NCBI GenBank assembly: GCA_012513815.1
Contig: JAAZBM010000014.1
Coordinates: 376,568 to 440,567, forward strand
DNA length: 64,000 bases
Reading direction: 5' to 3'
Source: Candidatus Sumerlaeota bacterium
GTDB lineage: Bacteria > Sumerlaeota > Sumerlaeia > Sumerlaeales > Sumerlaeaceae
This document shows positions 50,901 to 60,054 of the stretch, in pieces (position 1 is the stretch's first letter; every line of letters starts with the position of its first letter). The notes under the pieces were generated by a model. The model saw only the letters and a program-made list of their open reading frames with translations. It was not told the origin of the DNA and made no database searches. The position numbers and the translations under genes were made by a program.

Positions 50901-51852
50901 CGGTTTTCGAGAATCCATAGCCATCCGAGCGGGTGGCATCGTCGTTGTCCACAATAACCATGTTGGGGTTGTAGTCCGATTCGCGCACCGTAAACACATC
51001 CGCGCCGGTATTCCAGATATAGGGCAACACATATTGGTTGATGAGGTCAGCGTTGCTGAAATCTTCGACATTTTCCAGAGTGTTGCCGCGCTGTATTGTC
51101 CACGTATTGGTGTTTCCACGCCATGTGTAGCCATGCCCCTGATTGAGATAGACAGCTTTTCCGCTCAGGGAGCCAGCCGGACGCGCACCGGTATTCAGCG
51201 AATTGAGCGGCGAGCGTTTGGACATATCCTGCTGTTTTTGCGCTTCGAGCACATCGGCCGGCAAATCGGCGCCATCCGGCGTCATGTCCGCAACAGACGC
51301 TGTGGTCGCGGCAGCATCCGCGGCCAGTACAAATTCGTCTAGTAAACAATAAGCGTCATCGCCACCATGACGGAATTTGAGCTGAAGCGAGCTGATGTCA
51401 TCCCACAAATTATGCAGCAAAACATCATTTACGATTGTCTGAAAACGAGCGCCATTCCCGTAAACCCATTGATTTGTGTCGACAGACGGCGCAATGGTGA
51501 ACAGCACTTCGAGGGCGTCCTTGCCCGCACCCGCCTGAGCTTTGTCAAACGCGACGGTCCCTGCCAGCCACTGTTCATTGGCACTCATCAGCGCCTCCAT
51601 CAGAACAGCGGCTTTTTGCCCGGGATCCTTCGCATTGTAATCCGTGGGAATGGGCAATGAAAGCATCACGTCGCCATCACTGCCACTCTGAATCACCACA
51701 AGCGAGGGTGTGGTCACACCGGTTTTCTCTCGGGGCAAGGGTTTACCATCAGGTGTCAGGCCAAGATCTGCCATTTTGTCGGGGGCTGCACCCGCCGCAA
51801 GACACAGGAGCATATACGCAAGTGTGCTACCGTAAAATAGTATCGCTTTCAT
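47965..51852 (-). CDS. Large secreted multidomain protein with Amidase_3-like (MurNAc-L-Ala amidase-type zinc hydrolase) domain and FN3 domain
   Basis: Signal peptide. GHG...E...NADLI...GADVFTVRE and a later SHTNAFNGSARGF match the Amidase_3 Zn-ligand blocks (H, E, H), with a long insertion between them. FN3-like GKTYYFRVTATNAGGES. Confidence 0.5.
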   Translation of the reverse strand: MKAILFYGSTLAYMLLCLAAGAAPDKMADLGLTPDGKPLPREKTGVTTPSLVVIQSGSDGDVMLSLPIPTDYNAKDPGQKAAVLMEALMSANEQWLAGTVAFDKAQAGAGKDALEVLFTIAPSVDTNQWVYGNGARFQTIVNDVLLHNLWDDISSLQLKFRHGGDDAYCLLDEFVLAADAAATTASVADMTPDGADLPADVLEAQKQQDMSKRSPLNSLNTGARPAGSLSGKAVYLNQGHGYTWRGNTNTWTIQRGNTLENVEDFSNADLINQYVLPYIWNTGADVFTVRESDYNPNMVIVDNDDATRSDGYGFSKTGTWTASSVSAYKNGSAPYASGTNPFTLGTGLLTSCASSASATATWAAQIPATGWYNVYVSHIAWTNRNPEAQYKVYHAGGVTDCTIDQRRWRNTWIPLGRFYFEQGAAPDKAKVVLTNVAGSTSYYVSADAVRWGGGMGLIKRGTVGISGYSNYLEEARYHLQFTGMPDDSTDSAGVRIGYNTGTLAETDRQCDENDGWYGRPRFARWMKDQATIYGAPSQDSTNLASHTNAFNGSARGFVTIRNDSSGYSDEASNTSYQNALHSVILADLQGIFNVSPGPIPQHSKMTGSYLEANPYYANMPNLLGEWLFHDNESDMALYHHPRFKQAMGRGIVRGIIDFWAAKGKTTKVYPPEPITNLCVLQESPTTVRLTWGTPATAINGRTVASAATGYHIWKSEHGRAFPNAFATITAPTSGAPTYLVTGLTPGKTYYFRVTATNAGGESQPGDTLAVRTENDAAAKKVLIVQGFNKLDPSTRVKTTYGGATTYRQIPERMNSYDYIFEHMKGIDAYCASVNRKIKVDSCNKDSITGTWVLLGGYDAVIWMSGIEAEVCTFDCWDDTSLPANARTAIKNYLNTTGKAFFLSGSEVSWELEGKGIDANFMNATLKTDYVADSSGVYSVKPVAGSIFEGLDSTIAFDDGSDWVRPGYQVQWADVIKPLNGSTAALEYGAGTGTQLDSLDTQGNWKAPGYSGQSNAEAATISFDTVTKHEGSAAMKLDITWGSGNTIREYCGSADYNAFASGNTISYWVYGDNSDSTFALMLQDNDGDLLLYTPMTLNFTGWKQVSWKYGDAFTKFAGSGDGNLTSPVRINSFLIKKGTAASNTVRFDDIRLTGGSATTGAVAAVQWGTPTTSRLVYMGFPFETILDESKRNSVMARVMNFLLPATQTGALSVTITPAQAVIDGAQWSIDNGVTWNNSGVTVSDLAVGNYAITYKSLTDKRWSAPSSQSVTITTGNTTTATGTYTRFASVDTYSQY

Positions 51853-51938
51853 TGTTCATGTCTTAATATATTAATGTTATTATGATATATACCCACTGCT
51901 AAAGTCAAACTATATTCAGTAAGAGATCGACCTTGAGA

Positions 51939-53849
51939 TTAATACTGCAAAGGTTCCCTTGCTGCCGCTGCTGTCGGCGTCGTGTCGGCATCCACAAAAC
52001 GCGCGCCCTGCAATTCGGGCAAAAGGCGTGCCCGCTCGGCGTCCTCGCGCCGAATAAACCAAACCTTCCCCGGCGCGAAATAGCGTCCAATCATCTCCGT
52101 TTCCGTTTCATCCTTCAGAATAACCACCAACGGGTTTGCGTCGGGATTCTCCGCGATGCAACGGTTGACGCGTTGACCAACACCGGTATTGCAAGTGATG
52201 AAGTAGTTATAGCGGTCACTGGCGAAATGCGCGCCAAGGAACAACTGCCCCAACGCAAGAAAGAGGAACGCCCCCAAGACCAGAGTCGCCTGCCGGTTGC
52301 AAGGTAAATGGCGCGGCACAATCCCAAGCACAAAGAGCAGAATCAAGAACGGTAATGTGTCGAACAGAAAGCGAGGCCCGAGCAACAGGTCGTAATACTG
52401 ATAGGTGCTGTAGACGGCAATCTGCGCAAAAATCAGGGCAAGCAGAAGTTTGTCTATGCGTGTCATGCGCGTCAACGCAAGCCAAACAGACATCCACACA
52501 AGCAGACCAATCCCCAATCCAACCACAAGGAAATTCGACCAGAGAAGCGATGACGCCATGCGATTCCACGCGTCAATCCACGAGTACGGCATGGCTCCAC
52601 CATGGAATCCCAGACGATGCAGCTCCGGGTTACTAAGCTGATAGCCCGTCACAAAGGCGTTACCGGTCGTTTGCATGTTGTAGAAGAGCAGAACGCACAG
52701 CGGAATCAGTCCGCCCAAAGCCACGGCAGTACCCGCACGCAAGAATTGTCGCCACGGACGCGGCGGGCAGGAGTTCCAAAGCATACACATCCAGACGGCA
52801 CCCCATACCCCCAGATGAACAAGACCCGTCAGCGGCCGCACAAGTACCGCCCAACCAAGGACGAATCCGCCGAAGAGAAACGGCCAAAACCGCCACTGTT
52901 TTCGGTCGGTGGTGACAAGGGGATAAAACATCGCAAACGCCAACAATACCAGCATACCGCTCAGCAGATGGTTCATCAAACTGCCGGCAACAATCAGGTA
53001 AAAGGGCGTCGTCAATAGGACGCACACCGCCACGAAGGAGGCCACATTGCCACGCAAACGGCGCGTAACCCACGCAAGTGTACCGACAAATAAACCACTG
53101 AACAGACAGTCAAAGACATACCACGGCAGGTGCAAAACGCACAAAAGTGTCAAGGGCAGTATATAACCGGGGGTATACTGAGAATAGCTCGGGACGGTGC
53201 GAATTGCGTAAGGAAAGGAGATGACATCGCGCAATTCCTGCGATATGTTCAGAACGAAATGACCGCTAGCAAGCAGTCGAGCCTGAGCAATTTGCGACTG
53301 CGAATCGGTAATAACAATCTGCCCGCGATAAAGATAAAAATGCGAGACGAGCATCGCCACACACCCGGCAAGACCTGCGATAAACGGCCACCAGCGCCAC
53401 GCACGACAATCCACAAAAAGACGCCCCACGCATATGTCGTAACGCCAAACGGCAAGTACCACAAGCGACAAGACGACCAAAATGAAGCTGAGATTTTTGT
53501 AGTCAAAATTGGTCTGCCCAGTCATGTAGCAAATGCCAAGAAGACCCGCGGCCAAAAACGAAAGAATGCTCAATGGAGTCGTCATCCGTGTCACGGGTTG
53601 GCGCCGACGATAGCGCAACGCCACAACCACCCAAACGAGCACAAGCGCCATCACGGACCAGATAAGGATGTAGCGGAAAGTCGTGACAACCCAGTTATAA
53701 ACATAGCTGTCAACATGATACCACACACAGCCGTTGACATAGCCAAGCTTGCCATCCGTCAACGCTGCCATACCGTGGAGAAACAGGAACAAGACCAAGA
53801 GTATCGACAGGATAAAACGCAAAATAAAGACCTGCTGAATATTCCGCAC
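51939..53849 (-). CDS. Polytopic membrane protein, GT39/ArnT/PMT-like glycosyltransferase (putative)
   Basis: 636 aa with more than 12 TM helices. Architecture resembles the 4-amino-arabinose/mannosyltransferase superfamily. GTG start. Confidence 0.4.
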   Translation of the reverse strand: MRNIQQVFILRFILSILLVLFLFLHGMAALTDGKLGYVNGCVWYHVDSYVYNWVVTTFRYILIWSVMALVLVWVVVALRYRRRQPVTRMTTPLSILSFLAAGLLGICYMTGQTNFDYKNLSFILVVLSLVVLAVWRYDICVGRLFVDCRAWRWWPFIAGLAGCVAMLVSHFYLYRGQIVITDSQSQIAQARLLASGHFVLNISQELRDVISFPYAIRTVPSYSQYTPGYILPLTLLCVLHLPWYVFDCLFSGLFVGTLAWVTRRLRGNVASFVAVCVLLTTPFYLIVAGSLMNHLLSGMLVLLAFAMFYPLVTTDRKQWRFWPFLFGGFVLGWAVLVRPLTGLVHLGVWGAVWMCMLWNSCPPRPWRQFLRAGTAVALGGLIPLCVLLFYNMQTTGNAFVTGYQLSNPELHRLGFHGGAMPYSWIDAWNRMASSLLWSNFLVVGLGIGLLVWMSVWLALTRMTRIDKLLLALIFAQIAVYSTYQYYDLLLGPRFLFDTLPFLILLFVLGIVPRHLPCNRQATLVLGAFLFLALGQLFLGAHFASDRYNYFITCNTGVGQRVNRCIAENPDANPLVVILKDETETEMIGRYFAPGKVWFIRREDAERARLLPELQGARFVDADTTPTAAAAREPLQY

Positions 53850-53871
53850 AAGCTACCCTACTTCAAAAAGA

Positions 53872-53948
53872 TGGTACGCCCGACGGGATTCGAACCCATG
53901 ATCTCTTGCTCCGGAGGCAAGCGCTCTATCCAACTGAGCTACGGGCGC
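53872..53948 (-). tRNA. tRNA-Arg (anticodon CCG)
   Basis: Reverse complement GCGCCCGTAGCTCAGTTGGATAGAGCG-CTTGC-CTCCGGA-GCAAG-...-TTCGAAT-...-CGGGCGT-A-CCA. It folds as a cloverleaf with an encoded CCA. Confidence 0.85.
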
Positions 53949-54132
53949 ACTTGAAGCAATATCGCTTGTAACTAACATTGCTGATGCGACTCTAAGCTAC
54001 AATAGAAGAGAATTGTTGTTCCAAACTGTGTGAAGAGATGACGAAAACAGACAGCCTCTATAGAATAAAGATGTGTTTCATTCTTACCAATTTGGTAGAT
54101 ATAAAATCCTATATGATTAACTAAGGTTTAGC

Positions 54133-55290
54133 ATGACAACAAAGCGTGATTATTACGAGGTTCTGGGCGTATCGAAAACCGCAACTGCCGACGAAATCAA
54201 AAAGGCGTATCGGCAGGCTGCGAAGAAGTATCACCCGGATGTGAATAAGGATAATCCGGAAGCGGAAGCAAAGTTCAAAGAGGCCGCCGAGGCCTATGAT
54301 GTCCTCAATGACGCAAACAAGCGCGCACGTTATGACCAGTATGGACACGAACCGGAGATGGGCGGCGGGTTTGACTATGACGATTTCCGTCGCAGACATA
54401 TGAACGATGCCGATTTGGCGGACATACTCAGTTCACTCTTTGGTGGCGGCATCTTCGGTGGTGGTATGCGCTCGCGCAGACCACGCGGCTCGCAGGCTGA
54501 ACCCGGACGGGACATGATTGCCCGTGTTACGATTGATTTGATTGATGCGTTCAATGGGAAAACGTCGGAGATTGCCATCACACGCCTCGAAACTTGTTCA
54601 AAGTGCAATGGAACAGGCGCAAAGCCCGGAAGCAAAACGGAGACTTGCCCCAAATGTCAGGGGCACGGCGCTGTTCGTATGCAGCAAGGGTTCATCGTTA
54701 TGGACACCACGTGTGATCGATGCCAAGGGTCGGGCACAATCATTTCGGACCCATGCACGGATTGTAGCGGCAGAGGACGCGTCAATGCTCGCAAGAAAAT
54801 TACCATTAAGATTCCGCCCGGCGTCGCCACAGGCTCAAGACTGCGTGTGGCTAAAGAAGGCGAGGCCGGAGTCAAAGGCGGCGAGCGCGGAGACTTATAC
54901 ATCGATATTATTGTCAAGCCGCATCCATTTTTCTCGCGCGAAGAATCGGACTTGTATTGCGTTGTCCCGTTAAGCTTTGCGGACGCCGCGCTCGGAACTG
55001 AATTCGAGATTCCGACGCTCGACGCCAAGAGCGTCAAGGTCAGTATCCCACCTGGCTCACAGCACGGAGACAAGTTGCGTGTGCGTGGATACGGCATGCC
55101 CCGTCTGGGACGGGCGACAGACAAGGGCGATATTATTTTGCTCCTTGCCATCGAGACGCCCAAAAAGTTGTCGAGCCGTGAGAAGGAACTCTACACGGAA
55201 CTCGAACAAATCCGAAGCACCAAACAACTGAAAACGTCTGACATCCAGAAAAAGATGCAAGAGTTGAAGCGTCAGTACTTCCGGGATTAA
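54133..55290 (+). CDS. dnaJ: Chaperone DnaJ
   Basis: J-domain ([18 protein letters not shown]), a G/F region, and four CxxCxGxG zinc-finger repeats. Confidence 0.95.
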   Translation: MTTKRDYYEVLGVSKTATADEIKKAYRQAAKKYHPDVNKDNPEAEAKFKEAAEAYDVLNDANKRARYDQYGHEPEMGGGFDYDDFRRRHMNDADLADILSSLFGGGIFGGGMRSRRPRGSQAEPGRDMIARVTIDLIDAFNGKTSEIAITRLETCSKCNGTGAKPGSKTETCPKCQGHGAVRMQQGFIVMDTTCDRCQGSGTIISDPCTDCSGRGRVNARKKITIKIPPGVATGSRLRVAKEGEAGVKGGERGDLYIDIIVKPHPFFSREESDLYCVVPLSFADAALGTEFEIPTLDAKSVKVSIPPGSQHGDKLRVRGYGMPRLGRATDKGDIILLLAIETPKKLSSREKELYTELEQIRSTKQLKTSDIQKKMQELKRQYFRD

Positions 55291-55296
55291 CGCGAG

Positions 55297-55626
55297 ATGT
55301 GCCCGTCGAAGAATTCTCAGAGGGTGTACAGCACGGAGACAGGAGACTTGCGCAAACTCAAGTTGCCTGAGGGATTGTCGTTGTCGCAAGAACAGCCAAC
55401 CCCCGCTCAAACAAAAGTGCAGGTTGTCCTTGACCGCAAGGCGCGGCGCGGGAAAACGGTCACTCTTGTCAAGGGCGTCCCCCATGCGCAGGCCGATGAG
55501 CTATGCAAAAAGCTTCGCGTTTTGTGTGGAGCGGGTGGAACTGTCGACGGTGAACAGATTCTCATTCAGGGTGAGCATTGCGACAAGATAACGCAATACT
55601 TGCGTGGCGCAGGCTACCGTCTCTAA
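55297..55626 (+). CDS. yciH: Translation initiation factor SUI1/YciH family
   Basis: SUI1 fold: VTLVKGVPHAQADELCKKLRVLCGAGGTVDGEQILIQGEH. Confidence 0.85.
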   Translation: MCPSKNSQRVYSTETGDLRKLKLPEGLSLSQEQPTPAQTKVQVVLDRKARRGKTVTLVKGVPHAQADELCKKLRVLCGAGGTVDGEQILIQGEHCDKITQYLRGAGYRL

Positions 55627-55642
55627 TCCAGCCAGAATACGA

Positions 55643-57667
55643 CTATTTCTTCCGCATTTTGCGCAAATTGGAGAATTCACGTTCGGCGGCTTCGATAAAC
55701 TCACGCAACTGCATCTTCAGTCGGTCTTCCGAGCTTGGAGCCTCGGCCAGTGCGCTATTCATGAAGTCGCGTCCAAGTATCATTGACGTCTTGAACGGAG
55801 AGGCATTGTCGTCTTCAAGGAACCGGTAAAGGTCATGACCGACAGCCTCATAGAACGTTTTCTGGAACCATGCCGGTTGTGGTGTCAACTGGGTCACGAG
55901 GTCTTTCTCGTAATCAACAAACTGCGGAATCGAACGGTAAGGAGCGATTAAATCATCGACTTCTTTTTGCCGCTGCGCCGTATAAATCGGCACCCGCGGA
56001 GTTCCTACGAATTCACGTTCACGCGACAGGATACGAGCACGCAACTGTATCCGCTGCAAATCGTGCTGGAACATCATCCACCGCAACGCGGCCTTGCGTT
56101 TCGCGGGGCTGCATTGGCTATTGATAATCATGCATTTGCCGTCGACCAGCATATTCGCGTTCTTGTCGCCCGCAGGAATCTTGGCCACGCCAATATCCTT
56201 AAGAAGCATTCCGCTCCGCTGCAATTTCTCGATGGTTTCGCCATTGGCAGGCAAAACCATCATGGCAACATTTCCTTGCGCGAACATTCGCATCAGATTT
56301 GTAGCATAACACTGGTTCACCGGAGGCATGACATCATACTTCGTTTTCAGTTCACGCACCCATTGCAACGCGCTCACCGAAGCCGAAGTGCTCAGGTCGG
56401 TCCGAAGCTTGTCGCCATCTTTGTATTCCAGCCGATTTACACCGGACTGAATCGCCCACTGCGAAAGCTCACGACCACCCTCATTGCCCATACACACAGG
56501 CGCAAAACCATACCGTGGCATCGAATGGTCGGTCAGTTCGACAGCCTTTTTCGCAAGCTCATTCCACGTTTTGGGCAACGCGAAAGATTCGGTCAAAGTC
56601 GTCTGTTTATCTCCACGGTCGATCGAGGCGCCCTGCTTCGCGATTTCCTTTTCCAGAATAGCACCGGGCAGAGTTTGTTCGTTGAAAGGAACATCAAACA
56701 ATGGAACAGCGGATTCGATATCCGACTCCGAGGAATCGTAGAGTGGCGCCGGTGTTGCGCTCGCATCGACATCAGGCATACTGCCCGGAACTGCCGATTC
56801 GAAATCGCCCTCATCTGTTTCTAACTGCGCCTCCGGATAAAGCTGAGGTTGCTGTTGTTGCTCCGCGTCGCGCCGCCTGAAAATGCGTGAGAACAGACCA
56901 CGACGCCGCTGGGGCTGGGGTTGTTGTTGTTGATAGGTGGAATAATCCGTGTAGGTCTGAGCAAGAAGATACAGCGGATCATCGTTGCCACCCTTACCAC
57001 GCTTCTTGCCGGAATCCTTGTCTGCATCCGCAGGCTTAGGTGTGGCGCGAGACTCCGCGGCTTTTCGTGCTGCACGATCGGCATTCGCCAATATCCTACG
57101 GTCATAAAACAACGCCATTGTATACAGGTCAGTGGGCAAACCATAAATCAGCCCATTCTGCATGCACAGCTTAATCGCGTCAGCGGAAATGAAAGCATAA
57201 TCGGGAAAATCCGACAGTTCTTTTGTAATATCCACCGCATAGCTCATGTTAATGATGGCGGGCATCTGCGAAACCGAAACTTCCACGACATCAGGCAGTG
57301 TCCGATTGCGGGCGCGATCGAGGAAGTCTTCCGGCGTGTATCGCCACATGCTAATATGCACTTTGACATCATGGTTCGCGGCCTCAAACATCTTGATTTC
57401 ACGCGACAAAGCTTCCATCTCGGCGGGATGGTCAGGACGAGGAACCATATTCACCGTTATCTCGGTACGCCCGGAAATACTCGTATCATTCTTGGCGACC
57501 GGGTCGTGACGTGCCAATGTGGCCGTCTTGGTAACGGCACGGGATGTGAGCAGTTTCCCGACTTCATCTTTGGCGGGAGCTTGATGTGGACTAACCCACT
57601 CTTTGCATGATGGGAAAAACCAACACACAAAGGCAACTGTCAACAGGCAGATAACGATTCGCTTCAT
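55643..57667 (-). CDS. Lipoprotein with solute-binding-protein-like fold interrupted by a Q/P-rich disordered insertion
   Basis: Signal plus Cys. N- and C-terminal segments resemble SBP_bac_1. A central ~120-aa low-complexity segment (QQQQPQPQRRR...QQQQPQ...). Confidence 0.5.
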   Translation of the reverse strand: MKRIVICLLTVAFVCWFFPSCKEWVSPHQAPAKDEVGKLLTSRAVTKTATLARHDPVAKNDTSISGRTEITVNMVPRPDHPAEMEALSREIKMFEAANHDVKVHISMWRYTPEDFLDRARNRTLPDVVEVSVSQMPAIINMSYAVDITKELSDFPDYAFISADAIKLCMQNGLIYGLPTDLYTMALFYDRRILANADRAARKAAESRATPKPADADKDSGKKRGKGGNDDPLYLLAQTYTDYSTYQQQQPQPQRRRGLFSRIFRRRDAEQQQQPQLYPEAQLETDEGDFESAVPGSMPDVDASATPAPLYDSSESDIESAVPLFDVPFNEQTLPGAILEKEIAKQGASIDRGDKQTTLTESFALPKTWNELAKKAVELTDHSMPRYGFAPVCMGNEGGRELSQWAIQSGVNRLEYKDGDKLRTDLSTSASVSALQWVRELKTKYDVMPPVNQCYATNLMRMFAQGNVAMMVLPANGETIEKLQRSGMLLKDIGVAKIPAGDKNANMLVDGKCMIINSQCSPAKRKAALRWMMFQHDLQRIQLRARILSREREFVGTPRVPIYTAQRQKEVDDLIAPYRSIPQFVDYEKDLVTQLTPQPAWFQKTFYEAVGHDLYRFLEDDNASPFKTSMILGRDFMNSALAEAPSSEDRLKMQLREFIEAAEREFSNLRKMRKK

Positions 57668-57729
57668 TCAAACGCTAACTTCAATTCAATTTTCTAATAC
57701 ATATAAAACTCAAACCGGTATTAGTTCGC

Positions 57730-57771
57730 AATAAAAAGGGGCATCGTCCAACACCATCGGACAATGCCCCT
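57730..57771 (-). terminator. Rho-independent terminator
   Basis: 8-bp stem AGGGGCAT/ATGCCCCT with an inner GTCC/GGAC stem, followed on the minus strand by TTTTTATT. Confidence 0.55.
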
Positions 57772-57798
57772 CCATAGTAACTGCGTAAATACACAGCC

Positions 57799-58799
57799 TT
57801 ATTTGGCTGCTGTTGTCTGCTCGTCAGCCGGTTTTGCGGCCTCGGCATCCTTTGCGGCTTTCATTTTATCCTGAGCTTTTTTCAGCTGAGTCGAAATTTC
57901 TTTGATTGCTTGGGCAAAGTTGCCTGTGGGATAATCGGCCAGATACTTGTCGAATTTGGCAATGATAGCATCAAAAGCCGCGGCATCCGGATTGCCTTGG
58001 GTTGCCAGACTCTGAAGCGAGTTCCATGTTTCGATACCGGCTGTGACATCCTTCTGAAGCTTCTCAAGGTCTTCGGCAGCCATCGTCCCCTTGCTCAGAA
58101 GAACAGCCTTGGCTTCCATTGTAGAGGTGACTGTCTGGTCGCCTTTGGGCGAGGTCAGCTTTGTCGCAAGATCCATCGAAATCGAAGAAAGCAAGCTATC
58201 CTTGTAGGCATATTCCAACTTATACTTGTTGATTGTTTCGGACTCTCTGACAGTTTTGGGTTCCTTTAGTTCCATTGTAAAGACACGGGCACCATCCTTC
58301 TCGGCCAGCGCGACAGGCAGTTGCAAATCCAACCCCTGAGGGAACGGAACCGCAAGAGCCGATGCTTCCTTCTTGGGAATAGGCAGGAACAAACCGGCGG
58401 GGCTACCCGGAACACTCTGATACACACCATTGGTCTGACCAATCTCACCATTTTTCAACAGTTCAAAGGTAAACGGGAAAGACGGCGCATCGCTGTCGCC
58501 CTTAAGATCCGCAGGCAAGGTCAGTGTGACTTTGCCAAACAGAGTGTTGGCCTTGTCGCTCACGCTCAGAACAATAAATTCAGAGGTTGCCTTGACTTGT
58601 TGCTCTTTGGGAGCGCCATATGTTAAGACCTTATAGTTCTCTCATACTTGAGGTTATCTCCTACTTTCAAAACATAAGCATCGGCGACATAAGCGTCGGC
58701 CGCGGCCATCGAAGCGGAGGTTTGTTCCTCTGATGCAAAAACTGACGAAGCCAACACGACCGTTGCGGCCGTAACTGGCAAAACTGCCTTTAATAGCAT
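57799..58799 (-). pseudogene. Secreted protein gene interrupted by a frameshift (signal-peptide ORF 58623-58799 plus body ORF 57799-58641)
   Basis: AGGAGA RBS then ATG 58799 encodes MLLKAVLPVTAATVVLASSVFAS..., ending at TAA 58623. The 254-aa body continues in the -1 frame, open from 58641. Junction ...LKVGDNLKYE/NYKVLTYGAP.... Confidence 0.4.
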
Positions 58800-58934
58800 T
58801 GTATTTCTCCTAAGTTAAATTAAAGAACTCTCTTATAGTAAACCCTTAATTGAATGTTATTGGAACAATAATTTAGACTGTGCAGAATTATTACTATTGT
58901 TGCCTCATTAGTAACGACACGGAATGGAACATAA

Positions 58935-59975
58935 ATGGCTTGGTTTTTTAATCGCGGTAATGATAAAGACGAAAAGACAGCACCGGTTAGCGCCGAGGAG
59001 AAGGCGCCTGTGGATGCCAAGGAAGTAGAATCGACAGACCGGAATGCCGAACCCGAGGCCCATGGGTTATTCGGGAGGATGAAGGCCGCCCTCGCGAAAA
59101 CGCGCAATGGTTTTGTGGATCGCATCCGCGAGGTCATCAAGGCCGCTAGCGGAGTGGACGAAAACCTACTGGACTCGATTGAGGAAATCTTGATTAAGGC
59201 GGATTTGGGAGCCGAAACAACTTTTCATATCATCGAGCAATTACGCGAATTCGAAGCGCGTGGAGCCTCGCCCAACGAACTGCTGCAAAGTTTCAAGGAC
59301 CAACTCTATGACATCGTCGCCAAAGACCAAGACAAAGTGACATGGGGTAAAAAGACTGATAATCCGCTGGTGATTCTCGTGGTCGGCGTCAATGGAACCG
59401 GCAAGACGACAACGATTGGCAAACTCGCCGCAGAGTTCACCGAGGCGGGCAAAAAGGTGCTTTTGGCTGCCGGTGACACGTTCCGAGCGGCGGCAATCGA
59501 ACAACTCGAAATTTGGAGCAAGCGCACAAACAGCGCTTTTGTGTCCAAGAAAATGGGCAGTGACCCCTCCGGAGTTGCCTATGAGGCGTGCGAACGAGCC
59601 ATCAAAGAAGGATATGATGTCGTTCTGATTGACACGGCAGGACGCCTACACACCAAAGTCAATCTGATGGAAGAGCTGAAGAAGATTGTGCGTGTCATTC
59701 AAAAGGTCATCCCGAACGCCCCGCACGAAACCCTGTTGGTGCTCGACGCGACAACCGGCCAGAACGCCATTCAGCAAGCCAAAGTCTTCAGCGAAGACAC
59801 ACCGCTGACTGGGTTGGTTTTGAGCAAGCTTGATGGAACCGCGAAGGGCGGCGTACTCATTGGCATCCGCAATAAGTTTGATATTCCTGTCATCAAAATC
59901 GGTGTCGGCGAAGGCGTACATGACCTTCGTGACTTTGATGCCAGAGAATTTATCGACGCGTTATTCGCCGAGTAA
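58935..59975 (+). CDS. ftsY: Signal recognition particle receptor FtsY
   Basis: SRP54-type GTPase motifs GVNGTGKTTT, DTAGRLH, and a TKLDGTAKGG-like block. Acidic N-terminus. Confidence 0.9.
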   Translation: MAWFFNRGNDKDEKTAPVSAEEKAPVDAKEVESTDRNAEPEAHGLFGRMKAALAKTRNGFVDRIREVIKAASGVDENLLDSIEEILIKADLGAETTFHIIEQLREFEARGASPNELLQSFKDQLYDIVAKDQDKVTWGKKTDNPLVILVVGVNGTGKTTTIGKLAAEFTEAGKKVLLAAGDTFRAAAIEQLEIWSKRTNSAFVSKKMGSDPSGVAYEACERAIKEGYDVVLIDTAGRLHTKVNLMEELKKIVRVIQKVIPNAPHETLLVLDATTGQNAIQQAKVFSEDTPLTGLVLSKLDGTAKGGVLIGIRNKFDIPVIKIGVGEGVHDLRDFDAREFIDALFAE

Positions 59976-60054
59976 TCGGCCACAAACGTTTTTTTCTTTT
60001 CGTTTATTCTGTGATATCAAGTCATTTTGTTTTATTATTATTGTATAGTATTAA

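Noticed and set aside
53951-54132. CIRCE (HrcA) operator upstream of dnaJ
   Set aside because: No TTAGCACTC-N9-GAGTGCTAA-like inverted repeat is present.
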